Shown in pieces: positions 15,807 to 20,000 of a stretch of DNA of 20,000 nt. The translations under genes and the position numbers were made by a program. The stretch comes from Actinomycetota bacterium (lineage in GTDB: Bacteria > Actinomycetota > Acidimicrobiia > IMCC26256 > VFJJ01). The stretch is taken from the NCBI GenBank assembly GCA_009886115.1, contig VFJJ01000069.1:54978-74977 (forward strand), read 5' to 3'. Within the stretch, counting starts at the first letter, position 1. Every line of letters starts with the position of its first letter. The notes under the pieces were generated by a model, which saw only the letters and a program-made list of their open reading frames with translations, was not told where the DNA came from and searched no databases.

Positions 15807-15853
15807 TTCTTTGCGTCCAGGGGCGCGCTGGGAACGGTGGTGGACGCAAAGAA
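15807..15853. terminator. Perfect 13-bp inverted repeat (21-nt loop) between convergent genes; bidirectional terminator or REP-like element
   Basis: TTCTTTGCGTCCA (15807-15819) and TGGACGCAAAGAA (15841-15853). Confidence 0.7.
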
Positions 15854-15868
15854 GCCTGTGGGGGCAGC

Positions 15869-16792
15869 TCAGTCGTCGGTGAGGAGCGCGACGAGCGAGG
15901 AGGTGTCCCAGCGGCGTCCGCCGCGGTTTTGCACCTGGGCGTAGAACTGGTCGACCAGCGCGGTCACCGGGAGGCGGGCGCCGGTGCGGCGGGCCTCGTC
16001 GAGGCAGATCGCCAGATCCTTGCGCATGAGGTCGACGGCGAAGCCGAACTCGAACTCGCCCCGGCACATGGTCGGAGCCCGATTCTCGAGCTGCCACGAA
16101 CCGGCGGCACCCTTGCCGATGGTGGCGATCACGGCCTCCATGTCGAGCCCGGCCCGCTGGCCGAAGTTCACGGCCTCGGCCAGTCCCTGGATCACTCCCG
16201 CGATGGCGATCTGGTTCACCATCTTCGTGAGCTGACCGTGACCGACCGGACCGATCAGGTTGCAGGCCACGGAGTAGGCGGCGATCACCGGCGCGACGGC
16301 CTCGAAATCGGCGGGTGCGCCGCCGCACATCACGGTGAGGCGCCCGTTCTCGGCGCCGGCCTGCCCACCCGACACCGGCGCATCGACGAAGCCGACGCCC
16401 GACCCCACACCCGGGCCCACGCCGGCACCGTCGACCGTCGCGCAGGCCGCGGCCAGCTCGCGGGCCAGTTCGGCCGAGGCGGTCGTGTGATCGACGAGCA
16501 CGCGACGGTCGTTGGCCCCGCCGAGACCAAACGCCATCCCGGCCAGGACCCCGTCGGGCCCGTACACGACCGAACGCACATCGGCGTCGTTGCCGACACA
16601 GGTGAACACCACGTCGGCACCGGCTGCGGCCTCCCGGGGCGAAGCTGCAGCCCGGCCTCCGTGGCGGGTCGTCCAGTCGGAGGCCTTCGAGCCGGTGCGG
16701 TTGTACACCGTCACCGCATGCCCCGCGGCCACGAGATGGCCCGCCATCGGGAAGCCCATGACACCCAGACCCACGAACGCGCACGTCGCCAT
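15869..16792 (-). CDS. NAD(P)-dependent 3-hydroxyacid dehydrogenase (3-hydroxyisobutyrate dehydrogenase/tartronate semialdehyde reductase family)
   Basis: AFVGLGVMGFPMAGHL, VYNRT, FVDAPVSGGQAGAENG.L.VMCGG, GQLTKMVNQI, FGFAVDLMRKDL. TAGCGT -10 box lies 8 nt upstream of ATG 16792. Confidence 0.92.
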   Translation of the reverse strand: MATCAFVGLGVMGFPMAGHLVAAGHAVTVYNRTGSKASDWTTRHGGRAAASPREAAAGADVVFTCVGNDADVRSVVYGPDGVLAGMAFGLGGANDRRVLVDHTTASAELARELAAACATVDGAGVGPGVGSGVGFVDAPVSGGQAGAENGRLTVMCGGAPADFEAVAPVIAAYSVACNLIGPVGHGQLTKMVNQIAIAGVIQGLAEAVNFGQRAGLDMEAVIATIGKGAAGSWQLENRAPTMCRGEFEFGFAVDLMRKDLAICLDEARRTGARLPVTALVDQFYAQVQNRGGRRWDTSSLVALLTDD

Positions 16793-16811
16793 GGGCACAG
16801 ACGCTAACTGC

Positions 16812-17474
16812 TCAGACCGCCAGCCCGGCTCCGCCGATCCGGTCGAGCACGGCCAGGATGAGCGCCGCCTGCTCGTCGGGTGAGCCATCGGAGGGGCGCA
16901 GCACCAGCTCGGGCGCCGACGGCGGTTCGTAGGGATCGTCGATTCCGGTGAAGCCGGTGATCGTGCCGGCGCGGGCCAACGCGTACAGGCCCTTGGGATC
17001 ACGCGCCTCGCACACCTCGATGGGGGTGTCGACGAACACCTCCACGAACGGCACTCCCGCGACGGCATGGACCTCCCGGGCCCGCTCCCGGCCGTGACGG
17101 TACGGGGAGATGAGCGGAACGATCGCCATCACGCCGGCGTCGGCGAACAGGCGAGCCACCTCGGAGGCCCGGCGCACGTTCTCGTCGCGGTCGGACGGGC
17201 TGAAACCCAAGTCGCCGTTGAGCCCGTGGCGCAGGTTGTCGCCGTCGAGCATGTACGCCGGACGGCCGGCGCGCACCAGCAACCGCTCCAGCACCACGGC
17301 GACGGTCGATTTCCCCGAGCCCGAGAGGCCGGTGAGCCAGACGGTCGCACCAGCAAAGCCCAACGATGAGCGCCGATCGGCCGCGGCCATCGACCCGGGA
17401 TGCCACACGACATTCGGCGAGACCCGCCCCGGCGTCACCGGCGCGCCCCGGTCGGCGGGCTCCGCCGGGCTCAC
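16812..17474 (-). CDS. cysC: Adenylyl-sulfate (APS) kinase
   Basis: C-terminal part of ORF 16812..18872. GTG 17474 overlaps the cysN TGA; the exact start is uncertain. [63 protein letters not shown]. Confidence 0.93.
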   Translation of the reverse strand: MSPAEPADRGAPVTPGRVSPNVVWHPGSMAAADRRSSLGFAGATVWLTGLSGSGKSTVAVVLERLLVRAGRPAYMLDGDNLRHGLNGDLGFSPSDRDENVRRASEVARLFADAGVMAIVPLISPYRHGRERAREVHAVAGVPFVEVFVDTPIEVCEARDPKGLYALARAGTITGFTGIDDPYEPPSAPELVLRPSDGSPDEQAALILAVLDRIGGAGLAV

Positions 17475-18727
17475 TGGGTGGGACCGAGGATCATCCCGGC
17501 CGCAACGGTGGCGTTGGTGACCTCGTCGACCAGGATGAACGAACCGGTGGCCCGGTTGCGCCGGTACTCGTCGTACAGGAGCGGCTGCGTCGTGCGCAGC
17601 GAGACCCGGCCGATCTCGTTGAGCGCCAACCCATCGATGCCTTCCTCGCGATGCAGCGTGTTGATGTCGAGCCGGTAGTTGAGGTTCTTCACCAGCGCCC
17701 GGGCCGATCGGGTCGTGTGCTTGATCGTGTACTTGGCCCCCGCGGTGAGACGAGCCTGCTCGGACATCCAGCAGATCATGGCGTCGACGTCTTGCCCCAC
17801 GGTCGGCTGGTTGTGGCGCCGGCAGATCATGTCGCCGCGCGACACGTCGATCTCGTCTTCGAGCCGGATGGTCACCGACATGGGTGCGAATGCCTCGCCG
17901 ATCGGCCCGTCGGCCGTGTCGATCGAGGCGATGCGCGACGTGAAGCCCGACGGGAGCACGACGACCTCGTCGCCGGGCTTGAACGTGCCCGAGGCCACGG
18001 TGCCGGCGTAGCCGCGGTAGTCGTGCCACTCGTCGCTCATGGGCCTGATCACGTACTGGACGGGGAAACGGGCGTCGATGTGGTTGCGGTCGGAGGCGAT
18101 GTGGACCTCCTCCAGATGGTGCAACAACGACGGCCCTTGGTACCACGGCGTGTTCGCCGAGCGGTCGACCACGTTGTCGCCGAGGAGCGCCGAGACTGGG
18201 ATGAACGCCAGGTCGGTCACGTCGAGCTTGGCGGCGAACTGGCGAAACTCGGCTTTGACGTTCTCGAAGACCTGCTGGTCCCAGTCGACGAGGTCCATCT
18301 TGTTCACGCACAGCACGAGATGCGGGATGCGCAGCAGCGAGGCGATGAACGAGTGCCGACGGCTCTGCTCGAGCACTCCCTTGCGAGCGTCGATGAGCAC
18401 CAGGGCCAGATCGGCCGTGGACGCCCCTGTGACCATGTTGCGGGTGTACTGCGTGTGACCGGGCGTGTCGGCGATGATGAACTTTCGCTTGGGCGTGGCG
18501 AAGTAGCGGTAGGCGACGTCGATCGTGATGCCCTGCTCGCGCTCGGCCCGCAGCCCGTCGGTGAGCAGCGCCAGGTTCGTGTAGTCGAAGCCCTTGTCGC
18601 GGCTGGTGCGCTCGACCGCCTCGAGCTGGTCCTCGAAGATGGCCTTGGAGTCGAAGAGCAAGCGCCCGATGAGCGTCGACTTCCCGTCGTCGACCGACCC
18701 AGCCGTCGCGAAACGGAGGAGCTCCAT
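17471..18727 (-). CDS. cysN: Sulfate adenylyltransferase subunit 1 (GTPase)
   Basis: [92 protein letters not shown]. Confidence 0.97.
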   Translation of the reverse strand: MELLRFATAGSVDDGKSTLIGRLLFDSKAIFEDQLEAVERTSRDKGFDYTNLALLTDGLRAEREQGITIDVAYRYFATPKRKFIIADTPGHTQYTRNMVTGASTADLALVLIDARKGVLEQSRRHSFIASLLRIPHLVLCVNKMDLVDWDQQVFENVKAEFRQFAAKLDVTDLAFIPVSALLGDNVVDRSANTPWYQGPSLLHHLEEVHIASDRNHIDARFPVQYVIRPMSDEWHDYRGYAGTVASGTFKPGDEVVVLPSGFTSRIASIDTADGPIGEAFAPMSVTIRLEDEIDVSRGDMICRRHNQPTVGQDVDAMICWMSEQARLTAGAKYTIKHTTRSARALVKNLNYRLDINTLHREEGIDGLALNEIGRVSLRTTQPLLYDEYRRNRATGSFILVDEVTNATVAAGMILGPTQ

Positions 18728-18759
18728 CTAGTGCCGCCTCCATGTACCTGCGGTGCCCA

Positions 18760-19686
18760 CTAGAAGTACCCCTCTTTCTTGCGGTCTTCCATCCCAGCTT
18801 CGCTGATGCGGTCGTCGGCCCGGGTGGCACCCCGCTCGGTGATACGAGTGGCCGCGACCTCGCGTATGACATCGTCGACGGTCGCTGCCGGTGATTCCAC
18901 GGCCCCCGTGCACGAGGCGTCGCCCACGGTGCGGAACCGGACCGTGGCCTCGAAGAGATCCTCGCCGTCGCCTCGGGTCACGAACTCCGTGTCGGCGAGC
19001 AGCATGCCGTCGCGGCGAAAGACCATGCGCCGATGCGCGTAGTAGATGGCCGGTATCTCGATGCCGTCGTCGGCGATGTACTGCCAGATGTCGAGCTCGG
19101 TCCAGTTGCTCAGAGGGAAGACCCGGATGTGCTCGCCCGTCCGATGCCGGCCGTTGTAGAGGCTCCACAGCTCGGGCCGCTGGTTCTTCGGGTCCCATTG
19201 GCCGAACTCGTCACGGAAGCTGAACACCCGTTCCTTGGCCCGGGCCTTCTCCTCGTCGCGCCGGGCACCACCGAACACGGCGTCGTAACGCCCGTCCTCG
19301 ATCGAGCGCAAGAGCGTGGCCGTCTGGAGCCGGTTCCGGCTCGCCCGTGGACCGCGCTCCTCGGCGACCCGTCCGGCGTCGATGTCGTCTTGCACCGAGC
19401 CCACGACCAGCTTCACGCCGGTGCGGGCCACCGCACGATCGCGGAACTCGATGACCTCGGGGAAGTTGTGCCCCGTGTCGACATGCATCACGGGGAACGG
19501 CACGCGCGCCGGCCAGAAGGCCTTCTCGGCCAAGCGCAGCATGACGATCGAGTCCTTGCCACCCGAGAACAGGAGGACCGGCCGCTCGAACTCGGCCGCA
19601 ACCTCCCTGATCACGTGGATCGACTCCGCTTCGAGCGCCTTGAGATGCGAGAGCTCGAAGAACGACGTGGTGCCAGCAGTGCTCAT
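18760..19686 (-). CDS. cysD: Sulfate adenylyltransferase subunit 2
   Basis: [91 protein letters not shown] upstream of ATG 19686. Confidence 0.97.
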   Translation of the reverse strand: MSTAGTTSFFELSHLKALEAESIHVIREVAAEFERPVLLFSGGKDSIVMLRLAEKAFWPARVPFPVMHVDTGHNFPEVIEFRDRAVARTGVKLVVGSVQDDIDAGRVAEERGPRASRNRLQTATLLRSIEDGRYDAVFGGARRDEEKARAKERVFSFRDEFGQWDPKNQRPELWSLYNGRHRTGEHIRVFPLSNWTELDIWQYIADDGIEIPAIYYAHRRMVFRRDGMLLADTEFVTRGDGEDLFEATVRFRTVGDASCTGAVESPAATVDDVIREVAATRITERGATRADDRISEAGMEDRKKEGYF

Positions 19687-19769
19687 GCGCTCCCTCTCGA
19701 CCGAGCGACGATACCTGACCAGATGAGTCGGGTTTCGTAGCGTGGGCCCGTCCTCCCGGTGGACGTTGA

Positions 19770-20000
19770 GTGAACGGGCCGCCAGGCAAGGAGATGCACT
19801 ACTTCGACCGGAACTACGAGCGGGGCATCGACTGGTACCGGAGCCGCTTCGTCGACGCACGACCCGAAGAGCTGATCTTCGACGCCACTCCCTCGTACAT
19901 GTACCGCCCCGAGGCCACCAAACGCATGGCTCACGACCTGCCCGGGGCCCGGATCCTGATCTCGCTTCGCAACCCCATCGACCGGGCGTACTCGCAGTAC
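19770..20000 (+). CDS. Sulfotransferase (PAPS-dependent), runs off the window; N-terminal PSB loop apparently missing, so possibly a pseudogene
   Basis: Own translation: VNGPPGKEMHYFDRNYERGIDWYRSRF...DATPSYMY....RMAHDLPGARILISLRNPIDRAYSQY. Contains KExxYF, ATPxY and the 3'-PB motif RNPxDRAxS. In-frame TGA at 19767-19769. Confidence 0.8.
   Translation, partial: MNGPPGKEMHYFDRNYERGIDWYRSRFVDARPEELIFDATPSYMYRPEATKRMAHDLPGARILISLRNPIDRAYSQY

Noticed and set aside
16812..18872. 686-aa ORF suggesting a giant CysC or an overlapping gene across cysN
   Set aside because: The N-terminal ~465 aa is Arg/Pro/Gly-rich off-frame translation of cysN, as expected at high GC. Only the last ~220 aa are APS kinase. 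The GTGA overlap supports separate cysN and cysC rather than a frameshifted cysNC.

Overview
High-GC window with actinobacterial gene content and style (Acidimicrobiia/Frankia/Mycobacterium-like; inferred, not proven). It holds about 20 mostly metabolic genes. From left to right: acetoacetyl-CoA synthetase (5' partial) with an LLM monooxygenase; a thiolase-like/DUF35 pair; an ABM protein; a DHA2 MFS transporter; a stand-alone RtcB; an APH/EcKinase-like phosphotransferase with cysQ; two convergent amidohydrolase paralogues with an acetoacetate-decarboxylase-family gene; a VOC protein; a 3-hydroxyacid dehydrogenase; cysD-cysN-cysC; and a divergent sulfotransferase, absent from the ORF track, that lacks its N-terminal PAPS-binding loop. 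The most notable item is a 589-aa ORF (13145..14914, -) fusing an intact Cys/Met-metabolism PLP enzyme (cystathionine gamma-synthase/lyase family) to a degenerate Nfu domain and a CxxC-bearing NfuA-type Fe-S domain. It is a candidate single-polypeptide sulfur-donor/Fe-S scaffold. Also seen: an internally deleted metallophosphoesterase remnant, several short tandem duplications (two seeded on stop codons), a G-quadruplex consensus and a 13-bp inverted repeat between convergent genes, and several leaderless-type -10 boxes. No rRNA, tRNA, CRISPR array or transposase was seen.
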